A DNA stretch of 16,673 nucleotides from Candidatus Micrarchaeia archaeon (GCA_038870455.1 JAWCPB010000026.1:1-16673); one strand, 5' to 3'. Positions 9,403 through 16,673 are shown, counted from the stretch's first letter. Notes: generated by a model from the letters alone, not told the origin. A program made the numbers and translations.

Positions 9403-12273
9403 ATGCTCCGGCCCGGCGTTTTGCAACGCCTTTTTCTCATCCTCGCACTCTCGTCCCTGGCAGCGGCAAGAGGAGGCGGCGGGTGCTTCCTGCCGGACAC
9501 GCTCGTGCTGACAACAAGCGGGGAAAAGCCCATCAAATCGGTTTCTGCTGGAGAAGAGGTTGTCACGCCGGATGGGATCGCGCGCGTCGTTGTGCTGTAT
9601 GCCACTAACGCATCAAAATACTACGAGATAACCACTGCGACCACATCGGTGAATGTGACCGGAGAGCACCTCTTGTACATAGGGGACGGCAGGTTTAAGG
9701 AGGCGGCAAAGCTCGCGGCAGGCGACACAGTGGTGGTCTATTCCAACAACACTGCCGAGCTTGACCGCGTTGTTTCCATTGTTCCACACAAAAAAGAGAC
9801 TGAAGCGTACAACCTGCTTGTGGACAGCAAGGGCATTTTCCTCGCGAATTCCATCATCGCGCACAACAAGGGCTCTTTCCTGCCGGACACGCTCGTGCTG
9901 ACAGCTGACGGCTCGTGGAAGAGGATAAGCGAGGTGAAGCCGGGTGACGTGCTGAAGGCTTTCACTTACGAGGGCGAGGTGATCAACGCGAGCGTGATCG
10001 AAGTGTATACGGCGAGCGCGCGTGAGTATTACGTAATCAGGACGGAGAGCTATGAGGTGAACGTCACTGCAGAGCACCCGTTTTACTTGGGCGACGGCGT
10101 GTTCGTGACTGCCGAGCGGCTGGAGCCCGGCGACAGAATATTCGTTTTCAATGGAAGCGGCCTCTCTCCGGAGAGAGTTGTTTCAAAGGAGACGGTGCTT
10201 GCGAACGTAACAACGTACAACCCGAGGACGGAATGGCCGAACACGTATTTCGCAAACTTCATCGCGGTGCACAACAAGGGCGGCGGGTGTTTTGCAGCAG
10301 GGACACGGATAGCTACGCCTGAGGGCGAGCGGCACATTGAGGCGGTAAAGGCGGGGGACATGGTGACCGCGGTGGCGCCTGACGGCTCTGTGAAAAAGGC
10401 GGTTGTGCGCGGCGTGTTCACGACCAGAACGCGCATGCTCCAGCTCCGCACGGAAAGAAGAGCGGTAAACACGACAGCCGAGCATCCTTTCCTCACTCCG
10501 GGCGGGAGTTTTAAGGAGGCGTCTGAGCTTTCTGCCGGCGATGTGGTGATGGTGATTGGCGAGAACGGAGAATTGCGGGAGGAGAGGATAGTTTCCGCAA
10601 CCTATCTTGGGGAGGAGCGTGTGTATAATTTGGAGATTGAGGAGCCGTTCACGTTTATTGCAAACGGTTTTGTTGTGCACAACAAGGGAGGCGGAGGAGG
10701 CAGCGGAAGCACGCCTTACACGCACGCGACGATGTGCGGCCTGCCCACGCGCCTGAGGTTGACCAACGGCTCTTACGCGAACGGAACCCAGTGCATCTAC
10801 GTGTATTTCCTGAAAACCAACATAAACAGCGCGCGTACGCTTGAAAACTGCGTGAAGGCAACACAGGAGGCATGGCGCTGTGCAAACCTAACCAATTTTG
10901 CAATATCGAGGGAGCTTCGGTTCGAATGCGCGACGCGCGAGGAGTGCCTGGGCTACAGCGAGATGAATGTATCCGGAATCGGAATGGTGAAAATCGTCGT
11001 GCCCCCTTCGCTGGAGGAGCAACTTTGTGGGATGGCCATTTCGCTACTGATGTTCGGAGTAGTGACGTGCGGCCTTTTCTGGATAATACGCCGGAAAAGC
11101 CGCCTAAGCGCAGACCTCGATTATTGTTATCCCTCTTCGCAAGTGGATGCAAAGGCAGCCAAAACCGCAAAGCTCTTGGCTTACCTCAAAAGCATAGACC
11201 CGCGGTGGGATCCCGATGAGCTGAAGAGGATCGCGAGAACTACTTTTTTCAAACTTCAAGAGTGCTGGCAATCGCGCGAGTACGCCCCCATGCAGCCGTT
11301 GCTCATGCCTAACCTCTATGCGCAGCACGTCAGCCAGCTTGAATCGCTTAAGAGGAACCACGAGATAAACAAGCTGGATGACCTCCAGTTGAGGAAGCTG
11401 GAAATCGTGCACCTCAGGCACTATGCAAAGAAAGACCAGCAAGAGTTCACCGTCCTTGTGGAAGCGAGCGCGAGGGACTACTACGTGGATGACAGAGATG
11501 GAAGGTTCTTGAGGGGCGACTCCAAGCCAGTGGTTTTCCAAGAATTCTGGGTATTCCAGAGGCAGGGAAACAACTGGCTTTTGCGGGAAATAAATCAGAC
11601 GCGCGAGTCGGATGCGCTCGCTGAAGAAAATTTTGTGGAGGAGCTGACGCCCTGGCAGCTGAAAAACATTTACGGTGCGCTCGCGGCACCCCCCATTGAA
11701 AAAGCGCCTTGGCTCGATGAGGCGCTTAGAAAAAAGGCGGACAGGGTTCACCGCATGCTGAATTTTCTTTCCTCTACGGACAAGAGCTGGGACGAGGATT
11801 TCATGAAAATGCGCGCGAGAGAAATTTTCGTGCGCGTGCTCACAGCATTCGAAAAAAGGGATCTGACTGCCGTCGAGCCTTTCCTACTGCCCGAAGCCGC
11901 TTCGCATTTCCGTAGCCAGATTGATGCAATGAAGAAGGAGAACAGAAAGGTGGAGTACAGGAATATGTGCGTGAGGAAAGTCGACATCGTCCTCGTCAAG
12001 AACTACAACGACAGGGATAGGGATGAGTTCACCGCGCGCATAAGCGCGCATGCGCAGAGAATAGAGTACAAAGGGGAAAAAATTACGAGGAAAGACGAGT
12101 ACGTCACCCCCTGGGAGGAATACTGGAGTTTCAGGAAACAAAACGGGGAGTGGATGTTGGTTGAGGTTGTCCCGCCAGCGCGCACGCGCTCAATAATCGA
12201 AGAAGAGAATATCGATGAAGAGGCTGCGAAAGGACAAGTGCAGTGGTACTACACGAAAGACAGGGCGCTGTAG
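9403..12273 (+). CDS. Membrane protein: signal peptide, 3 tandem Hint (intein-like/BIL) domains, Cys-rich ectodomain, TM helix and 2 Tim44-like domains
   Basis: Three C/S-F..(G/D)T starts, three TxEH block-B motifs and three HN ends. TM helix at ~11029-11088. Duplicated WD..(E/D)...AR..F...Q/T...R...EFT...A...E(F/Y)W.F.(R/K)...W.L Tim44-like units. Confidence 0.9.
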   Translation: MLRPGVLQRLFLILALSSLAAARGGGGCFLPDTLVLTTSGEKPIKSVSAGEEVVTPDGIARVVVLYATNASKYYEITTATTSVNVTGEHLLYIGDGRFKEAAKLAAGDTVVVYSNNTAELDRVVSIVPHKKETEAYNLLVDSKGIFLANSIIAHNKGSFLPDTLVLTADGSWKRISEVKPGDVLKAFTYEGEVINASVIEVYTASAREYYVIRTESYEVNVTAEHPFYLGDGVFVTAERLEPGDRIFVFNGSGLSPERVVSKETVLANVTTYNPRTEWPNTYFANFIAVHNKGGGCFAAGTRIATPEGERHIEAVKAGDMVTAVAPDGSVKKAVVRGVFTTRTRMLQLRTERRAVNTTAEHPFLTPGGSFKEASELSAGDVVMVIGENGELREERIVSATYLGEERVYNLEIEEPFTFIANGFVVHNKGGGGGSGSTPYTHATMCGLPTRLRLTNGSYANGTQCIYVYFLKTNINSARTLENCVKATQEAWRCANLTNFAISRELRFECATREECLGYSEMNVSGIGMVKIVVPPSLEEQLCGMAISLLMFGVVTCGLFWIIRRKSRLSADLDYCYPSSQVDAKAAKTAKLLAYLKSIDPRWDPDELKRIARTTFFKLQECWQSREYAPMQPLLMPNLYAQHVSQLESLKRNHEINKLDDLQLRKLEIVHLRHYAKKDQQEFTVLVEASARDYYVDDRDGRFLRGDSKPVVFQEFWVFQRQGNNWLLREINQTRESDALAEENFVEELTPWQLKNIYGALAAPPIEKAPWLDEALRKKADRVHRMLNFLSSTDKSWDEDFMKMRAREIFVRVLTAFEKRDLTAVEPFLLPEAASHFRSQIDAMKKENRKVEYRNMCVRKVDIVLVKNYNDRDRDEFTARISAHAQRIEYKGEKITRKDEYVTPWEEYWSFRKQNGEWMLVEVVPPARTRSIIEEENIDEEAAKGQVQWYYTKDRAL
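9484..9867 (+). other. Hint domain 1 (128 aa, CFLPDT...TGEH...YNL...AHN)
   Basis: Cys1, TxxH block B and terminal His-Asn; next residue is Lys. No endonuclease insert. Confidence 0.9.
9874..10275 (+). other. Hint domain 2 (134 aa, SFLPDT...TAEH...YNP...VHN)
   Basis: Ser1, TAEHPF and terminal His-Asn; next residue is Lys. Confidence 0.88.
10288..10683 (+). other. Hint domain 3 (132 aa, CFAAGT...TAEH...VYNL...VHN)
   Basis: Cys1, TAEHPF, VYNLEI and terminal His-Asn; next residue is Lys. Confidence 0.92.
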
Positions 12274-12274
12274 G

Positions 12275-13471
12275 CTAAAGCCTCGCCTCCTTCAGGTTCT
12301 TTATCCTTTTTATCGCGCCTTGGTAGCGGCCGATAACCGCATCGGGGTCTTTGAGGCCATTGCCCGTGCAGACGCACGCGACAGAAGCGTCGGCGGGCAG
12401 CTCGCCGCTCTCGCGCAGTTTCTTCACCCCTGCGATGCTGGCCGCGCTCGCGGGCTCGATGAAAATGCCCTCCCGAGAGGCGAGCAGGGACTGCGCGCGG
12501 AGGATCTCCTCGTCGCTGACAGCGATGATTTTGCCCTTGCTTTCCCTGGCCGCGCGAATCGCCTTTTTCCATGAAACGGGATTGCCTATCTGGATGGCGC
12601 TCGCTACGCTCTTTGGGTTTGGCTCTGGCTTGAAGTCTTCTGAACCGCGGGCGAAGAGGCGGGCGAGCGGAGCCGCGCCTTCGGCCTGCACGCCAATCAT
12701 TTTCGGAAGAGACTTGATGAGGCCTGCTTCCCGGAATTCCTTGAAGCCCTTCCACAGCGCGCTGATGTTCGCCGCGTTGCCTACGGGAATGAAGATGTAG
12801 TCAGGCACGTTGAAGTTCAGCTGCTCTGCGATCTCAAACGCGATAGTCTTCTGGCCCTCGCCCCGGTAGGGATTGATGGAGTTCAGGAGATAGATTTTTC
12901 CTTGTCTGCTGAGCTCGAGCACGGCGCGCATGGCGTCGTCAAAATTCCCTTCAAGCGCATATACTTCTGCGCCATAAACAAGGGCTTGGGCGAGCTTGCC
13001 CATGGCTATTTTGCCCGCAGGCACGAACACGATGCAGCGCAGGCCGGCCCGAGCGGCGTAAGCCGCGAGCGATGCGCTCGTGTTTCCCGTGCTGGCGCAC
13101 CCGACGCTCTTCGCGCCGAGCGACCGCGCCTTTGTTATGCCCACAGTCATGCCCCTGTCCTTGAATGAGCCTGTCGGGTTTTCTCCCTCGTTTTTCACGC
13201 AGAGGGGCTGGGAGAGGCCGAGCTCTCTGGAAAGGCTTGGGCAGGCGTACAGGCCCGTGTCGCCCTCGCCGAGTGAGACTATGTTCCCTGCATTGTCGAG
13301 CGGGAGGAAGTCGCCGTACCTCCACACCCCCGGAATCCTCTCGCGGATGCGCGGGGGCTTCTTGTGTTCGTACCGGACATCGAGGAGGTCGCCGCATTCC
13401 CTGCAGGCATATACGATGTCGCTCGCCTCGTACCTTTTGCGGCAGGCTATGCACTCAAGCCAGTAGGGCAT
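12275..13471 (-). CDS. thrC: Threonine synthase
   Basis: N-terminal CxxC...CxxC, SLGEGDT, NPTGSFKDRG (PLP lysine), ASTGNTS, NSINPYRGEGQKT and TGNGLKD motifs. Confidence 0.96.
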   Translation of the reverse strand: MPYWLECIACRKRYEASDIVYACRECGDLLDVRYEHKKPPRIRERIPGVWRYGDFLPLDNAGNIVSLGEGDTGLYACPSLSRELGLSQPLCVKNEGENPTGSFKDRGMTVGITKARSLGAKSVGCASTGNTSASLAAYAARAGLRCIVFVPAGKIAMGKLAQALVYGAEVYALEGNFDDAMRAVLELSRQGKIYLLNSINPYRGEGQKTIAFEIAEQLNFNVPDYIFIPVGNAANISALWKGFKEFREAGLIKSLPKMIGVQAEGAAPLARLFARGSEDFKPEPNPKSVASAIQIGNPVSWKKAIRAARESKGKIIAVSDEEILRAQSLLASREGIFIEPASAASIAGVKKLRESGELPADASVACVCTGNGLKDPDAVIGRYQGAIKRIKNLKEARL

Positions 13472-13490
13472 GAAAATGCTTCGCGCGGGA

Positions 13491-13503
13491 AGTTTATAAA
13501 TAT
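13491..13503. promoter_or_regulatory. Shared TATA element between divergent thrC and leuA
   Basis: TTTATAAATA lies about 22-30 nt from both the thrC ATG (13471) and the ATG at 13523, consistent with leaderless divergent transcripts. Confidence 0.5.
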
Positions 13504-13522
13504 GAAACAGCAGTGTGTATGC

Positions 13523-15106
13523 ATGCCAGCCAAATTCTATGTCAGCGCGTACAACAGGGAGGCCAACAGGCGCTTCCGCGACATGCGCAGGAGGATAAAG
13601 ATCTTCGATACCACGCTGCGGGATGGCGAGCAGCTGCCGGGCGTGACTTTCAAGAGCGAGGAAAAGATTGAGATAGCCCGCGCGCTGAGCGAACTGGGCG
13701 TCGACACCATTGAGGCTGGCTTTCCAATCAACTCAAAGCCCGAGTTCGAGACCGTTAAGAAAATAGCCGACCTGGGGCTGGCCAGCCGCGTGTGCGGGCT
13801 GGCGCGCGTGCTCAAGCCCGACATCGAGGCATGCATTTCCGCGGATGTTGATGTCGTGCATACTTTCATCTCCACTTCGCCAATTCACTTAAAGTGGCAG
13901 ATGGGAAAGACGCAGGAGGAAGTGCTGAGGCTGGCTGTCGAGGCGGTCGAGCTGGTCAAAAGCCACGGCCTGCCATGCATTTTCTCGCCCATGGACGCCA
14001 CCAGGACGCCGCTGCCCTATCTGCTGAAGATATGCAAGGCAGTCGAAAAGGCAAAGGCTGATGCGATAAACATTCCGGACACCGTTGGGGTAATGCACCC
14101 GAGCGCGATGAGGGCGCTGATTGCGAGGCTGCGGCCCCAGCTGAAGTGCGACATACAAGTTCATTGCCACAACGACTTCGGCCTGGCCGTGGCCAACACG
14201 CTGGCAGCGTGCGAGGCGGGCGCGGACGAGGTGCACGTCACGATAAACCAGCTGGGGGAAAGGGCGGGCAACGCGTCCCTCGAGCAGGTTGTGATGAGCC
14301 TGCACGCACTGTATGGGGTAAAGACCGGCATAAAGACGGAGAGATTGACTGAAGTGTCGCGTCTCGTGGAAAAGTACAGCGAGGTGTATCTCATGCCCAA
14401 CTACCCCATAGTGGGCAGCACGGCTTTCGCGCACGAGAGCGGGATACACACGCACGCAGTACTCAAGGCGGCCATGACGTTCGAGCCTTTCGCGCCCGAG
14501 CTCGTAGGGCAGAAGAGGCGCATCGTGATTGGCAAGGACACCGGAAAGGCTGCCATAGAAGCCGCGCTGGCCGACCTGGGGTACAAAAATGTTGCGAAAG
14601 AACTCGTCATTGATATCACGAACAAGATAAAAGAACTGGCCGAGGCCAAGAAAAGGATTTACAACGAGGATATCATCGCGATTGCGGAGGATGTGATCGG
14701 GCACGCGGTCGCGAGAAAGCCCGTCGTGACGCTGGAGGAAGTGACCGTTGTTACCGGAAACAAAATCACTCCAACGGCAAGCATTGTCGTCAAATACGGC
14801 GACGAGCTGCTCAAGGGCGCGAGCCAGGGAGTGGGGCCCGTGGATGCGGCCAGCAAAGCCATTCAGAGCGTGCTGGGGCCAGAAGCCAAGATAAAGCTCA
14901 CCGAGTACAACCTGAGGGCGATCACGGGCGGAACCGACGCACTGGCGGACGTGACCATCAAAGTGATGGATGAGAAGGGCAATGTCTTTGCAGCGAACGC
15001 CGTGAGCGGCGACATCGTCATGGCCAGCGTGCTGGCGCTCATCCGCGCAATCAACGACGCTGTGAATTACAAGAAGAGGCTCGCGGAGGGAAAGCAACCT
15101 AGCTAG
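13523..15106 (+). CDS. leuA: 2-isopropylmalate synthase (LeuA/CimA family) with C-terminal regulatory domain
   Basis: [57 protein letters not shown] and GVGPVDA motifs. HTFI and INIPD favour LeuA over CimA. Start at 13523 chosen from TATA spacing; 13502 is an alternative. Confidence 0.8.
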   Translation: MPAKFYVSAYNREANRRFRDMRRRIKIFDTTLRDGEQLPGVTFKSEEKIEIARALSELGVDTIEAGFPINSKPEFETVKKIADLGLASRVCGLARVLKPDIEACISADVDVVHTFISTSPIHLKWQMGKTQEEVLRLAVEAVELVKSHGLPCIFSPMDATRTPLPYLLKICKAVEKAKADAINIPDTVGVMHPSAMRALIARLRPQLKCDIQVHCHNDFGLAVANTLAACEAGADEVHVTINQLGERAGNASLEQVVMSLHALYGVKTGIKTERLTEVSRLVEKYSEVYLMPNYPIVGSTAFAHESGIHTHAVLKAAMTFEPFAPELVGQKRRIVIGKDTGKAAIEAALADLGYKNVAKELVIDITNKIKELAEAKKRIYNEDIIAIAEDVIGHAVARKPVVTLEEVTVVTGNKITPTASIVVKYGDELLKGASQGVGPVDAASKAIQSVLGPEAKIKLTEYNLRAITGGTDALADVTIKVMDEKGNVFAANAVSGDIVMASVLALIRAINDAVNYKKRLAEGKQPS

Positions 15107-15420
15107 CCGAACAGCGAGCCGAACCCGCTCTCGGCGGCGCTCTCTTCTTCCTCAATTACTTTGATGATTTTTTCCTCCATTTCTTTTGGCGCGCGCTTTA
15201 CATTCGGAAGCTCCTTGAACTTTTCTTCAGCCCACTTGAAGAAATCGGCTTCCCCTTTGAGCTGGACATAGTACTTGCCGGCCTCTCCGCCCACCGCCTT
15301 ACCTTCCTTGAGCACGTATCCCTGCCGGGCAAAACTCACCGGAGCATAAGGGTCTTTTCCGAGCAACGTCTTGAGCCTGCCGAAATCGGCAGCAGGGCAC
15401 TCGTAGACGCGTTTTTCCAT
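15103..15420 (-). CDS. Archaeal hypothetical protein ending in an acidic EEEE..GFGSLFG tail
   Basis: Clean 105-aa ORF with a TATA-like TTATAATA about 25 nt upstream. Its C-terminus resembles the tails of ribosomal stalk proteins P0/P1. Confidence 0.82.
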   Translation of the reverse strand: MEKRVYECPAADFGRLKTLLGKDPYAPVSFARQGYVLKEGKAVGGEAGKYYVQLKGEADFFKWAEEKFKELPNVKRAPKEMEEKIIKVIEEEESAAESGFGSLFG

Positions 15421-15450
15421 GTAGCGTTTTACACAGTCAAATATTATAAG

Positions 15451-15730
15451 TCAGCGTTTTTTCGCCGCCGGCTTTTCGAGCGCTTCAATCTGTTCAACAA
15501 GCTTTTTCCTTAGCTCGAACGGGCTCCTGCCGAGAAAGCCCTGGTCCACGCTCACGCCTTCCACGTGAGACAAGACGATTTCAATGGACTCCTGCGCAGC
15601 ACGCCCATTTTGACGAGCACGCGCTTGTTGGTCACGCCAAACTCAGTGGTGAAATACGCGGCCACCGCCTTTGCCACGTCGTAAAGCACGAGAAGGATGC
15701 AGAGGGCTGAAAGCAACACGGCCCCACAAC
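15451..15730 (-). pseudogene. Degraded bacterial-PH-domain (bPH_2/YdbS-like) membrane protein
   Basis: Reads ...AVLLSALCILLVLYDVAKAVAAYFTTEFGVTNKRVLVKMGVLR, then after a frameshift near 15593 QESIEIVLSHVEGVSVDQGFLGR-SPFELRKKLVEQIEALEKPAAKKR*. The segment that usually follows LGR in this family is missing, and an in-frame TAG at 15732-15734 cuts off the upstream part. Confidence 0.7.
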
Positions 15731-15779
15731 GCTAACCCACGCGCTCAATTCGGCCGCTGGCTTAATTAGTTTTGCGGAG

Positions 15780-16107
15780 AGCCCCCGGAGGGATTTTCAA
15801 GCCCTTTTCCGCCAACGCTTTTCGGCGCGCCGGAAAAGGGTTTGCGCCGTCAGGCGCTCCTTTTTCCGCCAACGCTTTTCCGAAGCGTCGGAAAAGGGTT
15901 GTTTGAACCCTCGACCTACCGCTTTCTTTCCCTTTCCAGAGGAGGAAAGGTCCGTAACCCCTTCCCAAAGAGGGGGGAAGGTCCAGGACGAAGGGGGAAT
16001 ACCACCCTTTGTCTTACGAGGCGGTCGCTCTCTAGCTAACCACTTTTCCGCCAACGCTTTTGCCGAGCGAAGCGAGGGAAAAGGGTTGACCGCTGAGCTA
16101 CGGAGGC
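15780..16107 (-). tRNA. tRNA-Thr(CGU) with three introns (positions 20/21, 37/38, 59/60)
   Basis: Exons 16107-16089, 16031-16015, 15923-15902 and 15793-15780 join to GCCTCCGTAGCTCAGCGGTAGAGCGACCGCCTCGTAAGCGGTAGGTCGAGGGTTCAAATCCCTCCGGGGGCT (72 nt). This folds into a full cloverleaf with a U73 discriminator and no encoded CCA. Confidence 0.93.
15801..16088 (-). repeat. Three copies of a ~45-55 nt hairpin element inside the tRNA introns
   Basis: Identical 18-mer TTTTCCGCCAACGCTTTT (+ strand) at 15805-15822, 15862-15879 and 16044-16061. Each copy is followed by GGAAAAGGGTT, giving a self-complementary unit. Confidence 0.85.
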
Positions 16108-16157
16108 TATATATTTTTGCACCAAAGCTTTTAAATTCAGTTTGCAAAAAAGCCCAC

Positions 16158-16643
16158 ATGGATGAAGGAGAATGGAAAAAATATGAGCGTGAGCTTAGGC
16201 GAAAGGAAGAGAAGCAGCTCATTTCGATTTACAACTCACTTGCTGATTTGATGAAAGTGTTTATACCACCGGAAGCGTTTGACAGGCTTAATAACCCCCA
16301 GGGATGGTTTGAGCGTTTCATGAAATGGAGCAAGCTTGATTTCATCATACGGAGAAACTTCGGAACAGCGAACAATATGTTCTTCGAAATGGTTGAGCGA
16401 CTCGGGGAAGAAGAGAGGAAACATCTGGAGAACGTGGCGGCCGCGTATCCGGGCGGGATTGCCAGCCAAATGATTCAACGATACGTAGAGCTGGCTAGGG
16501 AGAAAGGGAGGAGCGAGGAGTCCGTACTCAAAATGTTTCCAAGCCTGAAAAAGAAGGAGAAAAGGGAGAGGGAGAAAAAGGAACCGCTCAAGGAACCAGG
16601 AATCCAAAAGGGAAAGCGCGGGGCAAGAAAGGTGCCCGCATAG
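16158..16643 (+). CDS. Hypothetical protein (161 aa) with a charged, Lys-rich C-terminus
   Basis: ATG at 16158 lies about 25 nt after TTTTAAAT. The ORF track's upstream extension from 15903 overlaps the tRNA and is spurious. No recognisable motif. Confidence 0.65.
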   Translation: MDEGEWKKYERELRRKEEKQLISIYNSLADLMKVFIPPEAFDRLNNPQGWFERFMKWSKLDFIIRRNFGTANNMFFEMVERLGEEERKHLENVAAAYPGGIASQMIQRYVELAREKGRSEESVLKMFPSLKKKEKREREKKEPLKEPGIQKGKRGARKVPA

Positions 16644-16673
16644 CCCCAGAGCCACATTTAATAGCCTGTTTTT

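Noticed and set aside
9403-12273. Polymorphic toxin with a pretoxin Hint, or classical mobile inteins
   Set aside because: There is no C-terminal toxin domain or downstream immunity gene, no LAGLIDADG/HNH endonuclease, and no Cys/Ser/Thr at the +1 positions.
13364-13522. Longer 580-aa start for leuA
   Set aside because: It overlaps the start of thrC and runs through the shared TATA region.
15801-16088. CRISPR array suggested by three identical 18-mers
   Set aside because: Spacing is irregular (57 and 182 nt), no cas genes are present, and the repeats lie inside tRNA introns.
15762-16222. ORFs 15762-15968, 15797-16222, 15842-16039 and the 15903-16157 extension
   Set aside because: They overlap the intron-containing tRNA, and their repeated peptides (KALAEK, KRWRK) simply translate the intron repeat.

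Overview
GC-rich archaeal window, judged from the split GuaAA/GuaAB, PurP, TATA/BRE-type promoters and BHB-type tRNA introns; a Micrarchaeota/DPANN-like origin is only an inference. Most of it is biosynthetic housekeeping: purH (partial, missed by the ORF track), guaAA, guaAB, two purP paralogues, glnA, a CorA-family transporter, thrC and a leuA-like gene. Two things stand out. (1) An apparently separately promoted two-gene operon encodes a DUF350 membrane protein and a 956-aa protein with a signal peptide, three tandem intein-like Hint domains set in a Gly/Lys linker, a Cys-rich ectodomain, a TM helix and two Tim44-like domains. (2) A tRNA-Thr(CGU) gene is split into four exons by three introns, two of which carry copies of the same ~50-nt hairpin element. 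Also present: a small tandem-repeat basic protein, a protein with a ribosomal-stalk-like C-terminus and a bacterial-PH-domain pseudogene.
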